Made by a program: the position numbers and the translations under genes. This document shows positions 55,541-64,000 of a stretch of 64,000 nucleotides of DNA, piece after piece. The stretch is from Candidatus Bathyarchaeia archaeon. GTDB lineage: Archaea > Thermoproteota > Bathyarchaeia > Bathyarchaeales > Bathycorpusculaceae. Numbering within the stretch: position 1 is the stretch's first letter; each line of letters opens with the position of its first letter. Below the pieces are notes generated by a model, which saw only the letters and a program-made list of their open reading frames with translations, made no database searches and was not told the DNA's origin. The stretch lies in NCBI GenBank assembly GCA_049512935.1, contig JBEKWR010000005.1, positions 65,394 to 129,393 of the forward strand. The letters run 5' to 3'.

Positions 55541-56416
55541 CTATTTTTCTGTGGCTTCCAGCATTCGGTACATGACTTCGTAGGATTCGGCGAAGTCGGG
55601 GTCAGCCTTCAGCAGTTTCGCTTTAAGCTGCTCCATCCGATCAACGATTGCCTGCGGGTTCTTCTGCTTGAGCAAGTCCAGCCACTCCTGCGCCTTGGCG
55701 ATGTAGAGCTCCTCGATCTTGCCCATCTCCGGCAGCTTCATCTGCAAATTCGCGTACAAGTCAGGAGTTTCCAGAGCGGTTGCCTCCGCCAAGGTGAAGA
55801 GCATGCGGTAAGTCGTCCCCGCCACATGCTTGGTTTCAGAGAAATCCTTTTGCTCAAGAAGGGTTTCGCAGGCGGCTAACCCGAGGAAATGCGGCAGCCC
55901 CAAAACGACGGACATGAGTTGGTCGTGTTTTTTGGGGGTCATGATGAAAACGCGGGCTTCTTCCTTTTCCAGCCACTTCTTGAAGCCGTCGGCATATTTC
56001 GCCTCGGCGGCGTTGGTTGGGGTGAGCACGTAGGCTTTGTGTTTTACGCCCTTGCTGCCTGGACCGAAAACGGGGTGCGTCCCCAAGACCAAGCCGCGCT
56101 TGATGTGCTCATGCATGACCCTGACTGGGTACTCCTTGATTGAGCATATGTCCGTGACCGCCTGCCCATCATGAACGTAAGGACCGATTTTTTTTACGAC
56201 TTCTTCGAAGCTGCTGATTGAAACGCAAATCATGATTTCGTCGGCTGCTTTGACCGCTTCTACGAAATCAGGGGTGGTTTCAACGCCCAATTCTTTGCCA
56301 AGCCTTGACAGCTTTGCCTCTTTTCTGTCTGACAGGATTACGCTGTCGCCTTTCTCCTTGCAAAACTTTGCGAACCATACACCCATTTTTCCCGCGCCGA
56401 GAACCGCGGTTTTCAT
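55541..56416 (-). CDS. tyrA: Prephenate dehydrogenase
   Basis: GAGKMG, DICSIK, HPVFGP, HDQLMS.VLGLPH. Confidence 0.93.
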   Translation of the reverse strand: MKTAVLGAGKMGVWFAKFCKEKGDSVILSDRKEAKLSRLGKELGVETTPDFVEAVKAADEIMICVSISSFEEVVKKIGPYVHDGQAVTDICSIKEYPVRVMHEHIKRGLVLGTHPVFGPGSKGVKHKAYVLTPTNAAEAKYADGFKKWLEKEEARVFIMTPKKHDQLMSVVLGLPHFLGLAACETLLEQKDFSETKHVAGTTYRMLFTLAEATALETPDLYANLQMKLPEMGKIEELYIAKAQEWLDLLKQKNPQAIVDRMEQLKAKLLKADPDFAESYEVMYRMLEATEK

Positions 56417-57492
56417 CGGAGCGCCTCACTGATCTTTTCCAGTCCCACCTTTATATGGTCTCTTGGAGCAGTCAACGAAATGCGGAAGTGCTCGCGGTAG
56501 TCGCCGAAGGATGTCCCAGGAGCCACCGCCACGCCTTTATCAAGCAGGTCCAGCGTGAATTTCTCTGAGTCTAAGCCTTTGCGTTTGGGGAATATGTAGA
56601 ATGGCGCCTCGGGTTTTGTGAAGGAAAGCCCAGCTGCAGCCAGGGTTTTGCTTGCCATGTTGGCTCTTTCATGGTATTCCTCTTTGATTTCCTTTGTAAG
56701 TTGCCTTTGCATTTCAAGCCCTTTCAAGGCTGCTTCCTGTATGAACACGGGAACGTTGTTTATTGTAATCTGGTTCAGTCTGGTTATGTTGTCTATCAGT
56801 TGCTTGTTCGCTATGATGTAGCCGACTCGCCAGCCTGTCATGGTGAACATTTTTGAGAACCCGTTCGACAGTATGTGCGTGTAGTTGCCGTCGTATTCGA
56901 GGATGCTTTTTGTTTTCACGAAGCTGATTGGACCGTAAACTTCGTCTGAGAGGATAGTTACGCCTTTCCTGTTGGCGATTTCCACAATGCCGTCCAAGGT
57001 TTTGGCATCCATCACTTTGCTTGTTGGGTTATTGGGGTTGTTGAGAATTATCAGCCGAGTGTCTTTGTCAATCATGGCTTCAAGCTTACCCAGATCCACT
57101 GCCCAGCCATCTTCCATTTCGGTTCTCAACAGTTTTGTCTGTGCACCGATGCTTTTCGCCATCAGTTCGTAAGCGGTCCAGTAAGGCGTGGGAATGATGA
57201 TGTTTCCTCCGCCCTTCATCAGAAGGTACAGGGTGGCGAAGACGCCCCATTTGGAGCCGGGGGTAATGACCACGTTTTCTGTTTTTACGCCGTGAATTTT
57301 GGCGAGTTTCTGTCTTAGTTTTTCCTCGCCATAAGCTGAAGAATACTTTGTTTTGCCTGCCTTCATGGCTGCGTAAGCAGCTTCCACGATTTCGCTTGGC
57401 GTGGCTAGGTCAGGGTCACCTAAGTTTAAGCGGATAATCTTTTTTCCTTCGTTTTCGAGCCGTATGGCTTTCTCGTTTATTTCGTAAAGCAT
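56413..57492 (-). CDS. PLP-dependent class I/II (aspartate/aromatic) aminotransferase
   Basis: NNPNNPT, SDEVY, FSK...MTGWRVG. Confidence 0.92.
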   Translation of the reverse strand: MLYEINEKAIRLENEGKKIIRLNLGDPDLATPSEIVEAAYAAMKAGKTKYSSAYGEEKLRQKLAKIHGVKTENVVITPGSKWGVFATLYLLMKGGGNIIIPTPYWTAYELMAKSIGAQTKLLRTEMEDGWAVDLGKLEAMIDKDTRLIILNNPNNPTSKVMDAKTLDGIVEIANRKGVTILSDEVYGPISFVKTKSILEYDGNYTHILSNGFSKMFTMTGWRVGYIIANKQLIDNITRLNQITINNVPVFIQEAALKGLEMQRQLTKEIKEEYHERANMASKTLAAAGLSFTKPEAPFYIFPKRKGLDSEKFTLDLLDKGVAVAPGTSFGDYREHFRISLTAPRDHIKVGLEKISEALR

Positions 57493-57515
57493 CGCGGACC
57501 TTTCCTTTTTGTTTT

Positions 57516-57776
57516 CTACTCTTGAACAACACTGCACATATTAACTATTTCGCGGTAAACAGCCTCAACTTGCAGGGAATCTAAACCGAATTCGGCTGAT
57601 TTCTCTTTTACCCTCTTGTAGACTTCGTTTTCTCTGGAAACGTCTTTGACAGGCATGCCCCGCTTCTTCTTAACTAAGCCGATCGCCATGCATATTTTTA
57701 CTCTTTCACAAAGCGCCTTCAGAATTACGTCGTCGACTTGATCAACCCGTTTTCGGTACAGTTCAAGCTCTTCCAT
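57516..57776 (-). CDS. Chorismate mutase type II (AroQ)
   Basis: LELYRKRVDQVD..IL..L.ER..IG..KKK..PVKD.SRE. TGATG coupling to aroC. Confidence 0.9.
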   Translation of the reverse strand: MEELELYRKRVDQVDDVILKALCERVKICMAIGLVKKKRGMPVKDVSRENEVYKRVKEKSAEFGLDSLQVEAVYREIVNMCSVVQE

Positions 57777-58882
57777 CAGTTCTTTCTCTCCAAAACTTTC
57801 GGTATAAAACCTGCACGGATCATGTGGTCCGCCACAGTTACCGCAACCGCAGCCTCGACCGCTGGCACAGCCTTCGGAACCACGCATGGGTCATGCCTTC
57901 CCTTAACGGTGAGCACGGCTTCTTCCATCGTGGACAAGTTCACGGTTTTCTGTTCCCTGCCGATTGAAGGCGTCGGTTTAATCGCTACCCGCATCAGGAT
58001 TGGCATGCCGTTTGATAAGCCGCCTAAGACTCCGCCCATGTTATCCGTTGAAGCCGTGACTTTCCCGTTTTTCATGACATACGCATCGTTGCTTTCTGAA
58101 CCTTTCAACTCCACGAGACCAAATCCCAAGCCGAACTCAACAGCCTTCACGGCGGGAACATTAAACAGCGCCTTAGCCAAGTCAGCGTCAAGCGAATCGA
58201 ACATTGGCTCGCCAACTCCCACGGGAACATTCAACGCGACGCATTCAACCGTGCCGCCCACGCTTTCCCCTTCCTTGCGAGCAGCGACAATGGCTTCCTC
58301 CATCCGTTCAGCGCACGACAAGTCAGGGCATCGAGTCGACGCGGCATAACGGTTCCTGCGGATTTCTTCAGTGCTGAACTTTTTTTCGGTTTTGATTTTG
58401 CCGACGGCTCTGGTGTAGGCTAGGACGTCAACGTCGAACTCGCTTAGGAGTTTTTTGGCAATGGCTCCAGCCATTATGAGCGCCACGGTTACTCTGCCGC
58501 TGAAGCGTCCGCCGCCGCGGTAATCATTAAAGCCGCCGTATTTCACGCGAGCGGGGTAATCGGCGTGTCCCGGCCTTGGCAAATCCTTGATTTCCTCGTA
58601 GCTGCCCGAGTCAACCTCCCTGTTCTCAACCGTCACCGCTATTGGAGCGCCAGTGGTGAAGCCGTTGAAAACGCCCGAGAGAATTTTAGGCACGTCTTTT
58701 TCGATTCTTGCGGAAACAATTTTTGGGTCTGCCGGGATACGCCTGTCCAGTTCAACTTGAATGTCAGCTTCCGAAAGAGGCAAACCCGCTGGGCAACCGT
58801 CAACGACTACGCCGACGATTTTGCCGTGGCTTTCGCCGAATGTTGTTACCGTGAATTCTTTACCAGTCGAATTTCCCGCCAA
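57776..58882 (-). CDS. aroC: Chorismate synthase
   Basis: FGESHG, RPGHAD, GGGRFSGR, KPTPSI, GRHDPC. Confidence 0.97.
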   Translation of the reverse strand: MAGNSTGKEFTVTTFGESHGKIVGVVVDGCPAGLPLSEADIQVELDRRIPADPKIVSARIEKDVPKILSGVFNGFTTGAPIAVTVENREVDSGSYEEIKDLPRPGHADYPARVKYGGFNDYRGGGRFSGRVTVALIMAGAIAKKLLSEFDVDVLAYTRAVGKIKTEKKFSTEEIRRNRYAASTRCPDLSCAERMEEAIVAARKEGESVGGTVECVALNVPVGVGEPMFDSLDADLAKALFNVPAVKAVEFGLGFGLVELKGSESNDAYVMKNGKVTASTDNMGGVLGGLSNGMPILMRVAIKPTPSIGREQKTVNLSTMEEAVLTVKGRHDPCVVPKAVPAVEAAVAVTVADHMIRAGFIPKVLERKN

Positions 58883-60164
58883 CGATTTCCGCTCCTAACT
58901 GTTTTAGATGAGTGAAGAACTGCGGATAAGACTTTCTGACGCACTCGGCGTTTTGAATTGTGCTTTGTCCTTCCGCGCCAAGGGCAGCGACCGCGCAAGC
59001 CATCGCTACCCGATGGTCGTTATGAGGGTCGATTACCGCGCCATGCAACCCCGCTGGTCCAGTGACTTCTAAGCCGCTGGAATCTGCTTTTATCTGGGCG
59101 CCCATCTTGGCAAGTTCAGCTTGAATTGACGCTAACCTGTCTGACTCTTTAAGCCTTAGCCGTTGCGCGCCAGTTATTTTGGATGCGCCTTTTGCGAAGC
59201 ACGCGAGGGCGGCGAAGACTGGGACCAAGTCGGGCGTGTTTTTTGCGTCAACCGTTAAAGCCTCAAGCGAGCCGCCTGCCCCGTCGATTTCAACGCTGTT
59301 CTCGCAGACCTTTCCAGCCACACCCATCTGCTTGAGGACGGCTAGAATCGACTTGTCTCCTTGAACGCTCTCGTAATCAAGGTCGTTCACCTGAACCTTA
59401 GACTTAGTTATGGCTGCTGCTGCGAGAAGAAACGCCGCTGAAGAAAAGTCGCCTGGCACCCTGCAGTCAACGGGCTTGTAGGTTTGGTTGGCAGGGATGA
59501 AGATGCGTTCAAAATTGCCGTAAACGTCCACGGTGACTCCGTGCTTCTGAAGCACAGTCCAGGTCATTTTGGCGTAGTCAGCCGACTCCAACGGCGAAGT
59601 GAGAGTGATCTCGGTGTCAACCTTAGCCATCGGGCAGGCAAACATCAAGCCTGAAATAAACTGAGAACTCACGTCTCCCCGAATGGACGTTTGGCCTCCG
59701 AGGATACCACCGCCCTCAACTGTGACCGCGTCTTTTCCGCCCAGCTTTTTGTAGTGTACGTTAGCGCCGAGGTCGCTTAAGGTTTGAATGAGGGGTTCGA
59801 TGGGTCGGCGTTCAAGAGAGCCTCTGAAGAGAAGAATCGAAGGGTCAGCCGCTAGGGCAGCTACGGGTATCATGAAGCGCAATGTTGCCCCAGACTCTCC
59901 GCAGTCTACAGGCGCTTTCGCGGCTTGAAGAGGAACTGCGCCTTTGACGACCCAGCCGTTTTCCTCAAAGCTTGTTTCTGCACCCAACGCCGTAACCGCG
60001 CGCAATGTTGCCTCCGTGTCCTCGGATAGAAGAGGATTCGAAACTTTCCCAGCCCCGTTGGAAAGCGCCGCGGCAATAAGCATCCGCTGAGTATAAGACT
60101 TCGACGGTGGAGCACAGACTTCCCCGCTTAGCCTTTCAGCCTTCTTAACTGTCAAATCAACCAT
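58860..60164 (-). CDS. aroA: EPSP synthase
   Basis: PSKSYTQR, CGESGATLR, SSQFISGL, KESDRL, DHRVAM, KSYP. Confidence 0.97.
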   Translation of the reverse strand: MVDLTVKKAERLSGEVCAPPSKSYTQRMLIAAALSNGAGKVSNPLLSEDTEATLRAVTALGAETSFEENGWVVKGAVPLQAAKAPVDCGESGATLRFMIPVAALAADPSILLFRGSLERRPIEPLIQTLSDLGANVHYKKLGGKDAVTVEGGGILGGQTSIRGDVSSQFISGLMFACPMAKVDTEITLTSPLESADYAKMTWTVLQKHGVTVDVYGNFERIFIPANQTYKPVDCRVPGDFSSAAFLLAAAAITKSKVQVNDLDYESVQGDKSILAVLKQMGVAGKVCENSVEIDGAGGSLEALTVDAKNTPDLVPVFAALACFAKGASKITGAQRLRLKESDRLASIQAELAKMGAQIKADSSGLEVTGPAGLHGAVIDPHNDHRVAMACAVAALGAEGQSTIQNAECVRKSYPQFFTHLKQLGAEIVGGKFDW

Positions 60165-60167
60165 TGG

Positions 60168-61037
60168 CTACAGCACCCTCGCTTTCTCTTGGTTAAGGCA
60201 AGCCTGCAGGACTTCACCGCCGTGTTTTTGCAACGCAGCCTTCACCGAGTCAACTTTGTCTTTAGGCGCAACTGCCGTCACCGCTGGTCCTTTTCCGCAG
60301 AGCCCAGCAGCCACGGCTCCAGCAGCCAACGCGTCAACCGCGATTGAAGCGTCATACCCTGAAGCTGAGGAGTAAATCAACCCGTTCAGCGTCAGCGCCG
60401 CCCAGAACTTGCCCGCTAAAGCCTGCTCGTAAGCGACTTGAACAAGGGGTTTCACCGTTCTAAGCCTCTCAACGTTGGAATCAGCTGAGTAAGCTTTTTG
60501 CGGCGGCACATGAAAAAGCACCGTCAAATCCTCAGTAAACGGTTGCTGCTTGACGATTTCCCTTTTCAAGTTGTCTGTGATGACTATGCCCCCGAAGTAT
60601 GAGGCGCAAGCATCGTCAAAAGCGCCCGTCACCGTAACTTTCGCGTCAAAAGCGGCGTCTACACCCAGATTGACGATTTCCAAGTCATCAAGCGTTTTTT
60701 CCAGAGCCGCCGTCGCTGCCAGCGCCACCGCGTTGGCCGCGGCACTGCTGCTTTTGAGCCCCTTTGCGACTGGGATGTTAGACCAAGTCTTAACCTTGGC
60801 GCCGAACCTGCTCTCGACTTTGAAACGCCTAAAAACCTGCGTCACCGTCTTCTCCATCAAAACTGTGCTTTCTTTCGGGTCCGAGGTTATCCCTGCTTCG
60901 ATGACGCCGGGTTCGTCTGTTAACTTTACTTCAGCCTTCGTCCACAGGTCAACTCCGAAAGCCGCGCCCTTGCCTAGCGCCATCGCGTTAACGATTGTTG
61001 CCGCTCCATGAGCGGTAGCCGCTGCTTTGCCAGTCAA
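60168..61037 (-). CDS. aroK: Archaeal (GHMP-type) shikimate kinase
   Basis: GAATIVNA, P..KGLKSSSA, VTGAFDDA.AS, G.GP. Confidence 0.93.
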   Translation of the reverse strand: MTGKAAATAHGAATIVNAMALGKGAAFGVDLWTKAEVKLTDEPGVIEAGITSDPKESTVLMEKTVTQVFRRFKVESRFGAKVKTWSNIPVAKGLKSSSAAANAVALAATAALEKTLDDLEIVNLGVDAAFDAKVTVTGAFDDACASYFGGIVITDNLKREIVKQQPFTEDLTVLFHVPPQKAYSADSNVERLRTVKPLVQVAYEQALAGKFWAALTLNGLIYSSASGYDASIAVDALAAGAVAAGLCGKGPAVTAVAPKDKVDSVKAALQKHGGEVLQACLNQEKARVL

Positions 61038-61900
61038 TTTTTCCGCACCTTTTGCAAGTGGTTAAGCGCTGCCCCCCTCATAACTTCAACTGGCGCCTCG
61101 CGACCAGTCCAGATTTCAAAAGACACCGCGCCTTGCTGAATCAGCATTTCAACCCCGCTGACCACTTTGGTTCCTGCAGCCTTAGCGTCTTTCGCCAGCC
61201 TAGTTTCGACTGGGTCATACACGATGTCCATTACCGCCAACTCGGGTTTAAGCCATTCAGAAGCCACCAGGGTCTGGTTGACGTTTGGTTTCATCCCAAC
61301 CGAAGTAGCGTTAACCAGCACATCGGCGTTGGCAAGATTAGCTTTGACCGTTTCCCGTGAAAGCTCGTCAGCATCGACTTTTTTATTGTAAGTTTCTCTG
61401 AGCATGTTTGCTAAGTCGATGGCTGCTTTCGGGCTCCGATTTAAAATTACCAGCTCAGCCCCTTCCAGAGCAAGAGCCAGCGCTATCGCTCTTGCGGTGC
61501 CTCCCGCCCCGAGCAAAAGCACTTTTTTGTCCTCTACCTCGACGCCGTTTTCCTTCAGGGCTTTGAATGCCCCGAAGCCGTCGGTGTTGTAGCCGAAAAG
61601 TTTGCCGTTCTCGTTTTCTATCGTGTTAACCGCGCCGAGGAACGTGGCGGTTTGGTCAACTTCGTCTAAGAAGCTGACTACGGCGTTTTTGTAGGGCATG
61701 GTAACGCTTAATCCTTGAATGTCTAAAGCTCGCATGCCTTGGACGGCGTTTTCAACCTCATCGGGTTTCACTCTAAATGCCAGGTAAATGCAGTCCAGTT
61801 TAAGCGCTTCGAACGCTGCATTATGAATGATTGGGCTCAGGGTGTGCTCTATGGGGTCGCCGATTACACCGTAAACCTTGGTTTTTCCAGAAACAAACAT
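61034..61900 (-). CDS. aroE: Shikimate dehydrogenase
   Basis: GDPIEHTLSP, VTMPYK, GAVNT, NTDG, GAGG, NATSVGM. Confidence 0.96.
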   Translation of the reverse strand: MFVSGKTKVYGVIGDPIEHTLSPIIHNAAFEALKLDCIYLAFRVKPDEVENAVQGMRALDIQGLSVTMPYKNAVVSFLDEVDQTATFLGAVNTIENENGKLFGYNTDGFGAFKALKENGVEVEDKKVLLLGAGGTARAIALALALEGAELVILNRSPKAAIDLANMLRETYNKKVDADELSRETVKANLANADVLVNATSVGMKPNVNQTLVASEWLKPELAVMDIVYDPVETRLAKDAKAAGTKVVSGVEMLIQQGAVSFEIWTGREAPVEVMRGAALNHLQKVRKN

Positions 61901-61903
61901 CTG

Positions 61904-62584
61904 TTAAGCCCCCAAAATGCTGTAGGCATTTTTCATTTCGCTGATTGAGATTTGCCCCTTCGCCGTTTCGCTGCCATTTTCAAGCGATGCGAACGTGAAG
62001 AAGGCGCCGAACAAAGGTGAAAGAACCCTTGAAACCCGCCCTGCTTCGCCCATGCAGAAACATACGAGTTTAACCTTGTCTGAATGGGAAGCGACAAAAT
62101 TCAGCACCGCCAAGTTGTCTTCTACCGTTTCGGCTGCGCCCACGATTTTGCAGACGCTGGCGTCGCATGCGATTTCCTCCTTCAGAACCATTTCCATCTC
62201 GGGAAAGCTTAATGGACAGTCGAGTTTGTGATGGGAAACGATTGGTTTGGCGCCTAGCTTTTTGAGTTCATCAATTGTTTCTTTATGGTTTGGGCTTGAA
62301 AGGTCAACGTCGACGTACTGGAACCCGTTTTCGGCTGCGTTTAGAAGTGTCTGTTGCCGCTCGGCTTCTGTTCCAGCGAAGAACCCTTTCTCGCCCGTAA
62401 GCTTGTTTGTCGCGATCAAGGGGATTTTTGCAGTTTTGGCAAGCACCGCCAAGTTTTGGGGCATTTCAAAACAGTCCAATCTAACTTCAATCAGATCCGC
62501 TTTTAGTTTTTGCGCCTTCTTGACAAGCGCCAGTGCTTCAGCGTTGTTTTTTGGAAGAATTGAGGCACAGATTCTAGGGGTCAT
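61904..62584 (-). CDS. aroD: Type I 3-dehydroquinate dehydratase
   Basis: DLIEVRLD, IVSHH, CKIV, MGEAGRVSRV. Confidence 0.92.
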   Translation of the reverse strand: MTPRICASILPKNNAEALALVKKAQKLKADLIEVRLDCFEMPQNLAVLAKTAKIPLIATNKLTGEKGFFAGTEAERQQTLLNAAENGFQYVDVDLSSPNHKETIDELKKLGAKPIVSHHKLDCPLSFPEMEMVLKEEIACDASVCKIVGAAETVEDNLAVLNFVASHSDKVKLVCFCMGEAGRVSRVLSPLFGAFFTFASLENGSETAKGQISISEMKNAYSILGA

Positions 62585-63609
62585 TTTTCAATCACCGTTT
62601 CTTCAGGCACGGACACTCCGAAGTGTCTGCCCCCTTTCGCGGCTAAGTGCACCACGACTTCGTCGTTGGACTTCAGGTCCGTGACGGGTTTTGAGCCTTG
62701 GGGCGTGACGAGTCGGATGGTTTCCGCGTTTTGAAGGATCACTTTTATGATTTTGTCTTCAACCTGTGCCTCTACGAGGATGAGCGGCCTGATTTCGATT
62801 TTTACTCGTCCCACGTTGGTTTTGCGTGTTTTGCCTTCGCGATTTACTATTATGACTTCGTCGCCCGCTTTGAATTCCTGCAGGTAACGAGTAGTTTGCA
62901 GAGTGCCCAATGTGTACATGGATACGGAGCCAGCGTTTACCCTGAACGGTCGAGAAGCCACATAGAGGTTCTCGTTGACTTCCGCTTCCACGAGGAATAA
63001 GCCTGCACTTTGGCTTCCAACCAGCATGCCTTCGCCGTGAGTCATCAAATCGCAGGTGTCCACGCATACCCGAGCGCCCGTGCTGATGGGTCTTGTCGAA
63101 ATTATTTTTGCCACCGCCATTTCAAGCTTCAACGCCTCAGGCTTAACAACGGCAACGGTTTTTAGAACTTCATCGCGGTCAGAAGTCTTCAGCAAAACGC
63201 CGTCCGTTCCCAATTCAAGGGTTTCAAGCGCCACCTTTGCCTCTTCGGCGTTAGTAACTTCAACGATCAGTTTGCTTTTACCCTTGATGCGGGCAATCAA
63301 GTTTTCAAGAGGAATAACTCGCCAGTTTGCGCAGCTGATGATAAAGTAACTTGCTCCAAGTTCTGCTCCTTTGACGATTTGATCTTCACTTTCTTTGTCG
63401 CTGACACAGATCCGAACAATCTTTTTCTGTACATCGGTTTTTTCGAGTTTCACTCCTTTTTTGGGAGAAAAGATATCCAGTGTAACGGGTTTCTTGTTTA
63501 CAAAAAAGGTGGCTTTGTCCCCTTCGACCACGCAATCGCCGTACTGATTGACAAGCGACTCTAAAGCATCCTTTTTTTCCTGCGATGGTTCAATCCAGAG
63601 TTCCTTCAA
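62581..63609 (-). CDS. aroB': 3-dehydroquinate synthase II (AroB')
   Basis: [47 protein letters not shown]. Confidence 0.95.
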   Translation of the reverse strand: MKELWIEPSQEKKDALESLVNQYGDCVVEGDKATFFVNKKPVTLDIFSPKKGVKLEKTDVQKKIVRICVSDKESEDQIVKGAELGASYFIISCANWRVIPLENLIARIKGKSKLIVEVTNAEEAKVALETLELGTDGVLLKTSDRDEVLKTVAVVKPEALKLEMAVAKIISTRPISTGARVCVDTCDLMTHGEGMLVGSQSAGLFLVEAEVNENLYVASRPFRVNAGSVSMYTLGTLQTTRYLQEFKAGDEVIIVNREGKTRKTNVGRVKIEIRPLILVEAQVEDKIIKVILQNAETIRLVTPQGSKPVTDLKSNDEVVVHLAAKGGRHFGVSVPEETVIEK

Positions 63610-64000
63610 GGCTTTTCACCGAGAATTTTAAGCGCTTGCTCCACGCTGGCTCCGCCGTGAACAATCGCCGCGAGCGCCTTAACCATGAGGGTTGGGGTTT
63701 CATGCTGGAACACGTTGCGTCCGATTGAAAGCCCCGCCGCGCCAGCCAAAAGTGCCTCGTGGGTCGTTTGAAGAATCTCTGCGGACGTCTTACATTTTGG
63801 TCCTCCGGCAATCACAACGGGAACCGGGCAGCTTTCAACGACCGCCTTGAACGTTTCCGTGCTGCCTGTGAAGTTGGCTTTGATTATGTCTGCGCCGAGT
63901 TCCGCGCCTATGCGTGCCGCATGAGCCACCACTTCGACCGCGTGCTCATTCTGGATTTTTGGACCTCGCGGGTACATCATTGCAAGCAGCGGCATGCCGT
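63606..64000 (-). CDS. aroA': 2-amino-3,7-dideoxy-D-threo-hept-6-ulosonate synthase (AroA', DhnA-type aldolase), 5'-truncated by the window edge
   Basis: [32 protein letters not shown]; upstream of aroB'. Confidence 0.9.
   Translation of the reverse strand, partial: GMPLLAMMYPRGPKIQNEHAVEVVAHAARIGAELGADIIKANFTGSTETFKAVVESCPVPVVIAGGPKCKTSAEILQTTHEALLAGAAGLSIGRNVFQHETPTLMVKALAAIVHGGASVEQALKILGEKP

Noticed and set aside
726-63811. Numerous antisense or overlapping ORFs in the track (e.g. 2812-3420, 15055-15579, 47204-48082, 57738-58349)
   Set aside because: Shadow ORFs of well-supported genes.

Overview
This window is archaeal chromosomal DNA, probably Bathyarchaeia. That assignment is inferred from the TATA/BRE promoters, the LysW pathway, the aroA'/aroB' and GHMP-type shikimate genes, the PEF-CTERM-type sorting signal and the large tandem PQQ-like propeller proteins. 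The left part is accessory and cell-envelope genes: a PIN pair, an orphan Gp5/VgrG OB-fold, YyaL, QueT, an ABC-2 exporter, YVTN and PQQ propellers, an aldehyde dehydrogenase, an MFS transporter and an ATP-cone/Mrr nuclease. The rest is mostly core metabolism: lysM-lysWXYZJK, rpiA, larBCE, ilvBN-leuCDBA-pheA and a shikimate/tyrA operon. I found no rRNA, tRNA, CRISPR array or transposase. The most interesting signals are non-coding: (1) a preQ1-I-riboswitch-like aptamer in the queT leader, unexpected in an archaeon; (2) an ilvB leader with a short uORF ending Val-Leu-Ile-Leu and an SD-sequestering helix, resembling attenuation; (3) two promoter-to-U-tract structured RNAs of about 160-180 nt, each divergent from a PD-(D/E)XK-type nuclease gene; (4) a perfect 71-bp inverted repeat bracketing the lys cluster; (5) a 10-bp-phased CGT array. 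All calls are by eye; no searches or folding programs were run.
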